IMG/VR virus record: IMGVR_UViG_3300009073_000018
DNA: 64,000 nt
Origin: a virus
Direction: 5' to 3' (one strand)
In this document: in pieces, positions 1 to 9,902 of the stretch
Layout: each line of letters opens with the position of its first letter
Position numbering within the stretch: position 1 is the first letter of the stretch
The notes under the pieces: generated by a model
The model's database searches: none
Seen by the model: the letters and a program-made list of their open reading frames with translations, nothing else
What the model was told of the DNA's origin: nothing
Made by a program: the position numbers and the translations under genes

Positions 1-2
1 AT

Positions 3-314
3 AATGATGTTAGATTTTTTAATAATAGACTATGGAATTGGAATCCAGTTTTTGGTGCATATTATTATTGTGGACCCCGTAGAACTAATAGAAGATTTAC
101 TAATAATAGGTTTAATAGGCATAATAAAGGCAATAGAACTAATAGAGGAAACAGAGGGAATAGAGGTAAAAGAGAGGGAGTAAGAAGTGGTAACAGAACA
201 ACTGGCTCAATAACTAGAAGTAAACCAAGAAGAACTCCAAGAGCTAATACTTCAACCTCAAGAACAAACAGAAATGTCAAAACAAGAACATCCGTGCGTA
301 AACCTAGACGTTGA
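3..314 (+). CDS. 5'-truncated Arg/Asn-rich basic low-complexity protein (C-terminal fragment)
   Basis: Frame 3 is open from the window edge to TGA at 312-314 (…WNWNPVFGAYYYCGPRRTNRRF…NRGNRGNRG…SVRKPRR*). Same strand as the downstream operon; absent from the ORF track because its start lies outside the window. Confidence 0.55.
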   Translation, partial: NDVRFFNNRLWNWNPVFGAYYYCGPRRTNRRFTNNRFNRHNKGNRTNRGNRGNRGKREGVRSGNRTTGSITRSKPRRTPRANTSTSRTNRNVKTRTSVRKPRR

Positions 315-1167
315 TTATATTGATCAATTGATATACTCAGCTAAACTTAAAGGTAACTCTTTAATTAAAGATGAGTTACAGAAGAGGTGCTATGGTAGAA
401 ATTGTGATGGTAAATCAAAAAAGAAGTTTCAGGACTTAATACGTTTAGTTGATCTTCTTCAAGATGAAGTTGGTAAACTAAGAACTGGACTTAAAAGTTG
501 TTTTACATCAGATCAATTTCAGTGTATAATTGAAAATATAAGAAAGAAGATAGGTAAATTAACTACTAAAAAATGTGTGACAGTAGATGAATGTGGAGTA
601 GAAAAATGGTTAATAAGAAACCCATGTTGTGCTTCTAAAGAAAGATGGGAAAAGTTTGCTTTTGGTGTTTGTAAAGATTTAAAGTTAAATATAGAACACG
701 TACCAACAAGATGTGATTTTATATTAGAATTAGTAAGAGAAGCTATTCCAATGGATATTATTTTTTCTCTTGCTATTTGTAAAGAAATGCAAAAAGATGT
801 AGATTTGAAATTAATAAGATCAAGTTCAAAAGAGCTAGAAATAGATTTTTCATTACTTGCAGAAAAATATCCTGACTCATCTATAGATTTTGAATTATAT
901 ACTACATTAGTAAAAGATCATAAAGTAGCTCATTTTATGATTGATAAAGTGTTAGAAAATAAACTATCACTTGAGTTATGTACAGAAAGTGAAAATGTTA
1001 TATTAACTACTAGCTTTCAAAGATATACAATAAATGATATTGAAGTAGATTTAGATATTATAATAGAGAATAAAGAGCAATATAAAAAACATACCAATAA
1101 TAAGGATTGTGAATCTCTTGATGATCCTCAATTATTTTTACACAAAATGTACTCTGATTACAGATGA
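274..1167 (+). CDS. Cys-containing hypothetical (probable virion) protein
   Basis: 297-aa ORF with an ATGA overlap to the next gene; no recognisable catalytic motif. Confidence 0.75.
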   Translation: MSKQEHPCVNLDVDYIDQLIYSAKLKGNSLIKDELQKRCYGRNCDGKSKKKFQDLIRLVDLLQDEVGKLRTGLKSCFTSDQFQCIIENIRKKIGKLTTKKCVTVDECGVEKWLIRNPCCASKERWEKFAFGVCKDLKLNIEHVPTRCDFILELVREAIPMDIIFSLAICKEMQKDVDLKLIRSSSKELEIDFSLLAEKYPDSSIDFELYTTLVKDHKVAHFMIDKVLENKLSLELCTESENVILTTSFQRYTINDIEVDLDIIIENKEQYKKHTNNKDCESLDDPQLFLHKMYSDYR

Positions 1168-4100
1168 AAAATAAAATAAAAATAAATTTCAAAGGCCTAA
1201 AGATAGGTGGTAAAAAATGTACTAACCCTTATATTGAGTATCTCAATAGTAAGGGTCTTGCTGTTCCATGTCAGTGTGATAATACTGGTCAGTACACAGT
1301 ACAACTAGAACCAGGAGATAATCCCAAGTGTCTTACATTCAGAATAGCATGTAGTTCTGATTGTGTTGATTGTGAATCTGTAATTATAACTAAATGTCTT
1401 TGTGAAGATGTAAGTGATTGTAATGGATGTGAAGATTGTGTTGGTGGATTTTGTGTAAGTCAATGTGATATAGATGAAGTATGTGATGATAAATGTGGAT
1501 GCACACCAGTTAGATGTTTTGATGGTAAAACGCTAATAGATTGTGAATGTAAATGTCCTACTGGTACTTTTGAACGAGATGGTAAATGTGTAGGTTGTGA
1601 CGACACAACTGAGTTACCATGTGATAAGTTTTGTAGAAACGGTGTAATTATAGATAGAGATTGTGATGGTGATAATTATTTCTGTACTGATACTTGTGAT
1701 TGTAGAGAATGCTGTGCAGATGCTCAATGTGATCAAACTAAAGGATGTCAAGTATGTACAGGATCAGGATGTCAATGTTGTGATGGTTATGTAAAAAATA
1801 CTTGTACTGGAGAATGCGTACCTATTTTAGCAGGATGGTGTAGATCTAATTCTGATTGTGGAGATTGTTCTACATGTAGAAATATAGATAACTGCACTGG
1901 TTATGGTTTATGTACTCCTACTCAATGTCCTCAAGGGTATATTTGTGTAGAAGATAAATGTGTAGAAGAATGTGATTGTAATATTGGATTCTGTTCTAGT
2001 CAATCAGCTTACTGTGCATCTCTAAATGAGTTTACATGTTACTGTAAAGAATGTCCTGCATTAAATTGTGAAGAAGGAGATGGAGGTTGTGAAGCAGCTT
2101 CTGATAGAAATTGTGTATGCATAATTGGATCATGTGGACCTAATCCATGTGGATCTGCAGATTGTATATATCACTCAGATTGTAGAGGAGGAAGTGGTGA
2201 AAGTAACTGCTACTGTGATGGTGGCACTTGTAAAGATAATCCATGTAATAATTCACCTTGTAGTAAATCATCTGATTGCCAAGGAGCAGGTTCAGAAAAC
2301 TGTACTTGTCAACAAGGAGTATGTGTTCCTACAGAGGAATGTCCTCCTATTAGTTGTACTCATTCAAGTGACTGTCAAGGAGCCGGGGCTGAAAATTGTA
2401 TCTGTGTAGAAGGACAATGTATAACTCCAGAAGGACCTAATGGTGAATGTAACACTAATTTAAGTTTAGAAAAAATAGAAGATAATAATAACTGTGATCT
2501 AAAAGCATCATTGGATCTTGGATGTTGTCCATGTCCTGCATTAGATGTTGAGCTAACTAAAACTGATGATTTAGCTTATTTAATAAAACTATATAAAGAT
2601 GGTACTTTACTTAGTACAAGTACTATTGATGATTTTAATACTGGTAATGAATTACCTTCAGGAGGTAGTATAGGATATAAAGTATACAGAGAATTTAACT
2701 GTGTAACTACTTATACTGACTCAGAAGGAAATATTCTTGATACTATAGACTTTACTGTTCAAAGTAATCAAAGTCCTACAGGAAGCGGTTCTGTATCTAA
2801 TACAGATACTTCTCAAGGAAGTTCAATAACTGTACCTGATAGTTATGTACATCCTAATCCTAATACTACTTGTACACCTGGAGATATCATAGTTGAGGCT
2901 TTTGTCTTATCTAGTGTATTTATACCAGGAAGTGAATGTAATTATAGAGCAGGTCAAATAATAGCTAAAGAAAGGTTCTCAGGCACAGCTCCTGATAGCC
3001 TAGTAGGTAAGATATATAGTTCTGATTGTAAGAATCCTATTTTTCAATGGAGAAAAGATGGAGAGATTATAAGAAGAATATATGTAGATGGTGAAGGTAA
3101 CTATATGGATACTTTAAAAGGTCCTGATGGTGAGCCATTAACTGGTGGTATGAAAGATTATCCTTTAAGTAATACATATGGTATGCTTGAAAGTTGTCAT
3201 GATTATACTGTAGAAGTAGATTGTGATTGTGGTGGACCAGTTACTGAGAATATAATATTCTGTAAAACAGTAGAAGATTTTACAGCAGAGAGTTTGAATA
3301 AATGTGCTACTAGAGTAAAATATGACATTGATGAAACTTGTGATATAAATAAAGATTTAGATTTTAGGTTTACAACATCTGGAGAATACACATGGACTAG
3401 AAGAGGAAGTGCTTTACCTATTTCAGATACAATTGTTTCTGATAATCCTATTGAATGGGTTAAATTAGAAATGTTATGTGAAGATGGATCAGTTGCTTGT
3501 GAAAAAACTATTACTTTTGATATAGCAGAACCTACTTTAACAGCAACATATGATTGCCCAGATAAAGTAACGTTTCCTTCCATATCAGATGATGGTCAAT
3601 GTGCTGTAGATACTATAGTAACATCTCAAGGAAATTTAGCAAGTGGCGGAGTATTAACAATATCTCCTTCTGTAGGTTCTTTAAGTTATACTGTAACTTG
3701 GGTAGATAATTGTAAATCATATGAAGGAAATATAAATACACCATGTACTTGTGCAGATGATCCATGTAATGATAATAATTATCAATGTGGACAAGCAATA
3801 GATATATGTGGTAATGTAAGAAATTGTGGAAGTTGTCCTCCACCTTCTACTTTAGCAGGAGCTTGTTCAGGAGGTGTTCAAAGAGTAACTAATATATCAT
3901 ATTCTTGTCAAAATAGAGTATGTATAGAAAATAGAGAAACAGAAACTATTACAGGTAATTGTCCTCAACCTCAAGGATTAACAGTAGATTGTGGTACAGC
4001 TATTTCTTTCTGTCCAGGAGAAAGTTCAAATATACCTTTAATAATTACAGGAGGTGCTCCTACTTATTCTTATACTTGGACTAGAAACGGTCAGGTTATC

Positions 4101-6311
4101 AATTCAGGAACTACTTCTGGTACTGCAATAATTTCAGTGGGACAAAGTGGAGTACTTGCTACTCCAGGAGTATATGTAGTTAATATAACAGATGCATTAG
4201 GTACTAATGTAAGTTGTACTTTAACAGTATATCAAAGCACTCCAAGTGAATGTGGAAGTAATGGAGGAACATGTTCTGTTCAACAAAGCTGTACTAATGC
4301 AGAGGGATGTAACGGAACAAGACTTATAGATTCTGTAACAGGAGCTGAATGTCAGTCTTGTAATGCACCTAGTAAAGATATATGTGGAGTGTGTGGTGGA
4401 AATAATACTGATCCCAATGATTGTGGTGGAGTTTGTACTGACACTTGTAACTCTCTAGGATTTAGCTGTGGATTACAAATAGTTTGTGGTCAACAAATAT
4501 CATGTGGTACTTGTTCTAATAGTACAAGAAGCTGTCCAGAAGGATTAAAATCTTGTCCTAATACTTGTACTAATGGAGTTTGCTCTAACTGTACACCACC
4601 AGCTTGTGATACTCAAACATGTTTAACATGTTCAGATATAGGAGCTCAGTGTGGAATACATAGTGATGGCTGTGGTGGAACATTAAATTGTGGAAGTTGT
4701 GGAACAACATCTAATCCAGATTGTCCTGCTAAGACTTGTACTAATAGCTGTCTACAAACATCTACTGGTTATGAATGTGCAAGTTGTGTACCAGATTCAT
4801 GTGACGTACCAGATGTACAAGGTTGTATAGATGTAATAGCATGTAACTATAATTCAAATGCAAATATAAGTGATAATAGTTGTGAATACTGTTCTTGTGC
4901 AGCTGCTACAGATTGTAGTGGAAATTGTGAAACTGGAGCAACAGAAACAATAGGAACAAATGGAACTACTGTTTGTGTAACATGTTCAGGAGGATCTCCT
5001 TTACCAGAAGATTGTGATTCATCAGTTTGTGAGTCTTACCAACATGCATGTGGATATACATGTCCAGGTAATTCAAATAATTGTGATCAAGATTGTCAAG
5101 GAAGTTGGTCTACATGTTCAGCTACTACATGTGATAGTCAATCTACTCAAACTTATACAATAATAGTACCAGCAACAGGAAATGGCGCACAATGTCCATT
5201 TAATGATGGAGAAAGTCAAGTATGCTTTGGTCCTACTTGTGCTACTGATCCGGCTTGTTGTACAAGTGATTGTGGAGGACAAAGCTATGATCCTAATATA
5301 TTTGGATGTTGTAATGGAAGTTTAATATATAATTTACAAACACAAAAATGTTGTACAGCACAGGGAACTGTAGTTGGTATAAATGATTCTTGTGATCTTT
5401 GTCAAGGTAATACTTGTAGTGATAGTTGTCAAACATGTGATCAAACTACTGGTAATTGTACTGGAGGATGTACAGGAAATACACAATGCTGTAACGGAAC
5501 TTGTGAATCACAATGTTTAGATGGAAGTTTCCCAACATCTGCTAATAATTGTGAATGTGTAGATAATAGTTTTGATGGATATGCGGAGTGTATAAATAAT
5601 ACATGTGAAGTTGTAAATTTCTGTAGTGGAACAGGGTGTTTTATAGGTACAGGAACTACTCAAGTATTAGCTAACCAAGCGGCATTAGATGCATGTAATT
5701 TAGCAGATACTTGTGGAAATGAGGATATAAATTATACATGTAATGGAACATCATGTGATGTATCTACTACTTGTAATCCTACAAATCAAAATTGTTTTGC
5801 TAATGATTCTACATGTGCAGGAGGATGTGGAACAATAGATCCTTGTGAAAATGTAGACTGTACTAATAATTGTGGTGATGACTGTTGTCCAACAATAGAC
5901 TGTACTGATTGTGGAACATGTGTAAATGGTGAATGTACAGGATGTTGTGAAACAAATCAAGATTGTCCAGATGGGTTTGAATGTGGAGGAACAGGAAATT
6001 CTTGTCCTTCTGACAGTGGTTTAAGTTGTTGTGTTCCAATAAGTCAAGACTCTTTTATATGTTGTACAGAAAATGGAGGGTGTGCTATAACTACAAGTGA
6101 AGTTGCTTGTACAGGATTATTGGCAGGAACTGTTTTAGGTCCAGGGGATATTTGTGATCCAAATCCATGTTGTCAACCTGTTCTAGGATTATGTTGTGAT
6201 AGTCCTAATGGTCCTCCTAATGCTAATTGTCAAAATGTAGATCCATGTGTAGGTTGTCCTGATGATTTTCCTTTTGATGAAGAATCAGGAGTATGTTGTA
6301 ATTTTAATTAA
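1164..6311 (+). CDS. Very Cys-rich modular protein, probable tail fibre/spike or capsid appendage
   Basis: 1715 aa with dense Cys repeats: EGF/EB-like, GCxDxxACNY, DxCGVCGG, TSP1/spondin-like and galaxin-like units. Located in the structural operon. Confidence 0.75.
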   Translation: MKNKIKINFKGLKIGGKKCTNPYIEYLNSKGLAVPCQCDNTGQYTVQLEPGDNPKCLTFRIACSSDCVDCESVIITKCLCEDVSDCNGCEDCVGGFCVSQCDIDEVCDDKCGCTPVRCFDGKTLIDCECKCPTGTFERDGKCVGCDDTTELPCDKFCRNGVIIDRDCDGDNYFCTDTCDCRECCADAQCDQTKGCQVCTGSGCQCCDGYVKNTCTGECVPILAGWCRSNSDCGDCSTCRNIDNCTGYGLCTPTQCPQGYICVEDKCVEECDCNIGFCSSQSAYCASLNEFTCYCKECPALNCEEGDGGCEAASDRNCVCIIGSCGPNPCGSADCIYHSDCRGGSGESNCYCDGGTCKDNPCNNSPCSKSSDCQGAGSENCTCQQGVCVPTEECPPISCTHSSDCQGAGAENCICVEGQCITPEGPNGECNTNLSLEKIEDNNNCDLKASLDLGCCPCPALDVELTKTDDLAYLIKLYKDGTLLSTSTIDDFNTGNELPSGGSIGYKVYREFNCVTTYTDSEGNILDTIDFTVQSNQSPTGSGSVSNTDTSQGSSITVPDSYVHPNPNTTCTPGDIIVEAFVLSSVFIPGSECNYRAGQIIAKERFSGTAPDSLVGKIYSSDCKNPIFQWRKDGEIIRRIYVDGEGNYMDTLKGPDGEPLTGGMKDYPLSNTYGMLESCHDYTVEVDCDCGGPVTENIIFCKTVEDFTAESLNKCATRVKYDIDETCDINKDLDFRFTTSGEYTWTRRGSALPISDTIVSDNPIEWVKLEMLCEDGSVACEKTITFDIAEPTLTATYDCPDKVTFPSISDDGQCAVDTIVTSQGNLASGGVLTISPSVGSLSYTVTWVDNCKSYEGNINTPCTCADDPCNDNNYQCGQAIDICGNVRNCGSCPPPSTLAGACSGGVQRVTNISYSCQNRVCIENRETETITGNCPQPQGLTVDCGTAISFCPGESSNIPLIITGGAPTYSYTWTRNGQVINSGTTSGTAIISVGQSGVLATPGVYVVNITDALGTNVSCTLTVYQSTPSECGSNGGTCSVQQSCTNAEGCNGTRLIDSVTGAECQSCNAPSKDICGVCGGNNTDPNDCGGVCTDTCNSLGFSCGLQIVCGQQISCGTCSNSTRSCPEGLKSCPNTCTNGVCSNCTPPACDTQTCLTCSDIGAQCGIHSDGCGGTLNCGSCGTTSNPDCPAKTCTNSCLQTSTGYECASCVPDSCDVPDVQGCIDVIACNYNSNANISDNSCEYCSCAAATDCSGNCETGATETIGTNGTTVCVTCSGGSPLPEDCDSSVCESYQHACGYTCPGNSNNCDQDCQGSWSTCSATTCDSQSTQTYTIIVPATGNGAQCPFNDGESQVCFGPTCATDPACCTSDCGGQSYDPNIFGCCNGSLIYNLQTQKCCTAQGTVVGINDSCDLCQGNTCSDSCQTCDQTTGNCTGGCTGNTQCCNGTCESQCLDGSFPTSANNCECVDNSFDGYAECINNTCEVVNFCSGTGCFIGTGTTQVLANQAALDACNLADTCGNEDINYTCNGTSCDVSTTCNPTNQNCFANDSTCAGGCGTIDPCENVDCTNNCGDDCCPTIDCTDCGTCVNGECTGCCETNQDCPDGFECGGTGNSCPSDSGLSCCVPISQDSFICCTENGGCAITTSEVACTGLLAGTVLGPGDICDPNPCCQPVLGLCCDSPNGPPNANCQNVDPCVGCPDDFPFDEESGVCCNFN
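2155..2420 (+). repeat. Three imperfect ~96-nt in-frame tandem repeats encoding CxxxSDCxGxGxENCxCxxGxC
   Basis: CIYHSDCRGGSGESNCYCDGGTC / CSKSSDCQGAGSENCTCQQGVC / CTHSSDCQGAGAENCICVEGQC. Confidence 0.8.
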
Positions 6312-6319
6312 AATAATAA

Positions 6320-7252
6320 ATGAGCAGTAGATGTAATAATTGTCCAGATAACTGTTTAGGACAAGAAGTATCCACACTTTGTACTTTTTATGAAGGACCA
6401 GATATTCCTGAGTTAGGTATAAAATGTGGAGACGCTTTAAATAAAGTATTATTGAAAGTAACTGGAGCTACACCAGTTGGTGTTGTAGAAGATATGGCAC
6501 AATTGAAAAGCCAGATTAATGACTTTTCAGCAGATAGTGTTACTGTTAATAATCTTAATCATAGTGCAGCATCTACTTGTGCTTTAGCTGTTGCAGCTAA
6601 AGAGTATACTTATAAAGTTACAGATCAAGGAATAGAGTATGATTATACTGCTATAGAAAATTCATTACCTGAAGGATATAGTTTAACTTATTCAGAAACT
6701 AATATACAAGGAAGAGAGGGGACTGTAGAAAACTCTAGAGGAGTGTGCTCATTAGTTTCTATTAATATAGCTAAATCTTATCCTTTAATATATGATGCTG
6801 ACTTAAGAATAAGTAGTCCATGTGGACCTTTATGTATGAGAACTAAATTTTCTATACCTAGTCCATCTGCTAGAGGTACTTACAAAGCTAACATGGAAGT
6901 TAGTGATATAAACAGTGTAACAGGAAACTCTACTCAGTTATCTAGTGTTATACAATCTTTATGTAATGAAGTTCAGTATTTAAAGAATAATGTTAATTCT
7001 CTCAAAATAGAAGACATAGGTTCTCAAGTACATAATCTTCAATTAGGATTAGGTGATACTAATACATTATTAAATGATCCAAACAATTTTGAAATAGATT
7101 ATAATGATGGTACTGCTGCTAGTGGTACTATACAAGATACTATAAATGATCTATATAAATGTAAACAAGACTTAGAAAGTCAACTACATACATTAAAGTT
7201 AGAATTGGAAGTATTAAGAAACAGACAAAATGGAATTGCAGATGCGTTATAA
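6320..7252 (+). CDS. Putative structural protein with Cys-rich N-terminus and C-terminal coiled coil
   Basis: 310 aa; N-terminal CNNCPDNC…CTFYEGPDIPELGIKCGD motif of a type seen in Bacteroidota phage tail proteins; heptad-like C-terminus. Confidence 0.65.
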   Translation: MSSRCNNCPDNCLGQEVSTLCTFYEGPDIPELGIKCGDALNKVLLKVTGATPVGVVEDMAQLKSQINDFSADSVTVNNLNHSAASTCALAVAAKEYTYKVTDQGIEYDYTAIENSLPEGYSLTYSETNIQGREGTVENSRGVCSLVSINIAKSYPLIYDADLRISSPCGPLCMRTKFSIPSPSARGTYKANMEVSDINSVTGNSTQLSSVIQSLCNEVQYLKNNVNSLKIEDIGSQVHNLQLGLGDTNTLLNDPNNFEIDYNDGTAASGTIQDTINDLYKCKQDLESQLHTLKLELEVLRNRQNGIADAL

Positions 7253-8144
7253 AATACTTATTGCTATATTATTAGTTTTCTTTATTACTATAGCTAACAT
7301 AGGACAACATCAAATGGTTTCAAATGATGTAGTTAATTATGATACAAATAGTAGAGTGATATCTAATTTTGAATACTGTGGTCAAGAAGTAGAATCTAGT
7401 GTTTACAACATTGACACTTATTTTTCAGAAGATGAAGCTGTTTTTATTAATACTAGGTTTGTAGAATATAAAATAAAAGAAGACTATTCTTTTATGGATA
7501 GAATTAAATATAGAGCTAATACTAATAAATTCTATAATGTTGTTGATTATATTAATAATAGATATGCACCAACTAATGTGTTTTTTAAATCTTCATCTTT
7601 TGATGTAAAATTTTTAACTCATACAGTTGCTCCTTCTTATAGAAGACTATTAAAAGATGCTGCTATAGATAGGTTTTTTACTATAGTTATACTACCAGAT
7701 GAGTTAGCTCTTTCAGAAGAATTAGATCATTCTGGAAAAAAAATAAATAATATATCAGGAAGTGCTTTAGGTATACAATCTACTGTAGTTTTTGTAAGAG
7801 AATCTAAGTTACTTGATTTTGTATTAATACATGAAATTGGTCATGCTCTTGGGTTAGAACATATATTTAAAAAACCAGACACTAGTGAAAGGGGATATTC
7901 TAATTTTACTGGAGATATGGTTTGTGATACCCCTAAAGCAGTTTATCCTAGTAATGAAGCATATAATCCATGTGAACTTATATTGCCTGATTCTTGTACA
8001 GATACAGAATTAGATATACTTCATAGTAATTATATGAATTATGCTCTCTTAGGTCAACAGTTAAATAGTTTTACTGAAGTTCAGATAAAAAAAATAAGAT
8101 GGACATTAAATTCAAATTCAGACATACGTTCTACTATTTATTAG
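7230..8144 (+). CDS. Exported zinc metalloprotease, pappalysin/ulilysin family (M43)
   Basis: HEIGHALGLEH zinc motif, GDMVCDTP, NYMNY Met-turn and FTxxQ; hydrophobic N-terminal signal/anchor. Confidence 0.85.
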   Translation: MELQMRYKILIAILLVFFITIANIGQHQMVSNDVVNYDTNSRVISNFEYCGQEVESSVYNIDTYFSEDEAVFINTRFVEYKIKEDYSFMDRIKYRANTNKFYNVVDYINNRYAPTNVFFKSSSFDVKFLTHTVAPSYRRLLKDAAIDRFFTIVILPDELALSEELDHSGKKINNISGSALGIQSTVVFVRESKLLDFVLIHEIGHALGLEHIFKKPDTSERGYSNFTGDMVCDTPKAVYPSNEAYNPCELILPDSCTDTELDILHSNYMNYALLGQQLNSFTEVQIKKIRWTLNSNSDIRSTIY

Positions 8145-8680
8145 TAGTATTATTAATAGCATGTCAATCTGAAGTAATGCCTAATGATAGTATTTGTGAG
8201 GCTGTTCCTTTAGATTTAACAACTTACAATCCTATATTATTTCCTCATGACATAGAATACTTAGTTATTCATTGTACAGCAACCCCAGAAGGAAGAGATT
8301 TAACAAGAGATGATTTAGATAGAATATGGGAATCAAGAGATTTTGAAAGACCTGGCTATCATATGGTTATTAATTTAGCAGGAGAAGTTATATTTCAAGG
8401 AGAAATAGATGATTGCTTAATGGAGTATGAGGAGATGAGATGGGGAGTTTCCAATATGAATCACAAAACCTTACACCTAAGTTATGTAGGAGGGGTAGAT
8501 CTTTTAGGAGAAGCTAAAGACACTAGAACGTCTGCACAAATCAATACCCTTATTCAGATGATTACTTTTGTCAAAGGGATCTGTCCTGATATAAAAATTA
8601 GAGGACATAAAGATTTTTCAAAAAAAGCCTGCCCAAGTTTTGAAGTATCAAACTTTTTAACTACCTTTGATATACACTAA
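8099..8680 (+). CDS. N-acetylmuramoyl-L-alanine amidase (T7 lysozyme-like endolysin) with lipoprotein-type signal
   Basis: VIHCTAT, GYH and GHKDF..KACPSF motifs; N-terminal LLVVLLIA-C lipobox. Confidence 0.88.
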   Translation: MDIKFKFRHTFYYLLVVLLIACQSEVMPNDSICEAVPLDLTTYNPILFPHDIEYLVIHCTATPEGRDLTRDDLDRIWESRDFERPGYHMVINLAGEVIFQGEIDDCLMEYEEMRWGVSNMNHKTLHLSYVGGVDLLGEAKDTRTSAQINTLIQMITFVKGICPDIKIRGHKDFSKKACPSFEVSNFLTTFDIH

Positions 8681-8695
8681 ATAATTAAACAGTTT

Positions 8696-9688
8696 ATGTC
8701 GTATCAAAGAAATAAAGAAAATTTATTAGAATACCTTTTACAAAATGAAGGTAAACCAGAAGGAATAACTTGGAAAGAGTTATCTTTAAGATTTATGAAC
8801 TCAGATGATCCTAGAAAATCTAATGATGTCTGGCGTTACTTCTTAAAACAAGATAAAAATATAACAGTCATTAAAAAAGATCCTAGGATTCTTATTTATG
8901 ATATTGAAACATCTAGAGCTCTTGCAGCAGTATGGTGGACAGGAAAACAATATGTAGGTCACAATCAATTAAAGTCTGAACCTGCTATTATAACTATAGC
9001 TTGGAAATGGTTTGGAGAAAATAATGTTTATACTGTAGAATGGGATGATGGTTGTGATAAAGAAATGTTAGCTGACTTCTTAAAAGAATATAACAAAGCT
9101 GACTTAGTTATAGGTCAAAACAATTTAAGGTTTGATAACAGATGGATTAATGCTAGAGCAATGAAGCATAATTTAGATGTTAATACTAAGCCTAGATCAT
9201 TAGACTTAATGAAAGAGAATAAAAGACTATTTAGATTACCTTCTTATAGTATGGCTTATGTTTCTAGATACATGGGAACAGAAGGAAAGTTACAACACGG
9301 TGGTATTAAGATGTGGGATGATATTCAGTGGGGAACACCAAAAGAAAAGAAAGAATCAATGAAGAAAATGGTTGATTATAATGTACAGGATATTGTAGCT
9401 ACAGAAGATATGTACCTTAGATTAAGAAAATATATTGGTAATACAACTCATGTAGGAGTATTCCAAGGAAAAGAAAAATGGACTTGTCCAACAACAGGTT
9501 CTGAAGATGTTCAATTCTATAAAACAGATATTACTAGAGCAGGAACTATACAGAGATTAATGAAGTCTAATAAGACTGGTGAGATTTATAGAATATCTAA
9601 TAGACAATATTTAGCTTGGAAAGAAGATGGTGTAACATCTGTTCCAACAGCTAAACGACCCGCTCTAACAACTAGAGCAACTGTTTAA
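8696..9688 (+). CDS. RNase H-like/DnaQ-type 3'-5' exonuclease
   Basis: ExoI YDIET, ExoII GQNNLRFD and ExoIII YNVQD motifs. Confidence 0.8.
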   Translation: MSYQRNKENLLEYLLQNEGKPEGITWKELSLRFMNSDDPRKSNDVWRYFLKQDKNITVIKKDPRILIYDIETSRALAAVWWTGKQYVGHNQLKSEPAIITIAWKWFGENNVYTVEWDDGCDKEMLADFLKEYNKADLVIGQNNLRFDNRWINARAMKHNLDVNTKPRSLDLMKENKRLFRLPSYSMAYVSRYMGTEGKLQHGGIKMWDDIQWGTPKEKKESMKKMVDYNVQDIVATEDMYLRLRKYIGNTTHVGVFQGKEKWTCPTTGSEDVQFYKTDITRAGTIQRLMKSNKTGEIYRISNRQYLAWKEDGVTSVPTAKRPALTTRATV

Positions 9689-9888
9689 TAAAGGCACAGT
9701 AAAGCCTCTTCTTAGAACGTAACTGTGTAAATGATTTATTCCCAGTAGTCCCTGCTCACTTTGATTAGTTAGACACACTACTGGGTAATAATTTAAAAGG
9801 ATTTAAAAACCCTGTAGTTTAAAAGGAGACGGTTTTAACGTACTATCTTAAACATAATCTAAGTATGTCCTCTGCAGGTTGCCTTTTA
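9689..9888 (+). ncRNA. Candidate structured non-coding RNA (multi-stem) in the largest intergenic gap of the late block
   Basis: Nested complementarities read by eye: AAAGGCA/UGCCUUU closing stem, CACAGU/ACUGUG, CCCAGUAGU/ACUACUGGG, CCUGUAG/CUGCAGG. Confidence 0.35.
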
Positions 9889-9902
9889 TTTAGGTATACT
9901 AG

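Noticed and set aside
65-280. Leu-rich 71-aa ORF on the - strand (and frame-1 ORF 4-183)
   Set aside because: Shadows of the Arg/Asn-rich + strand frame.
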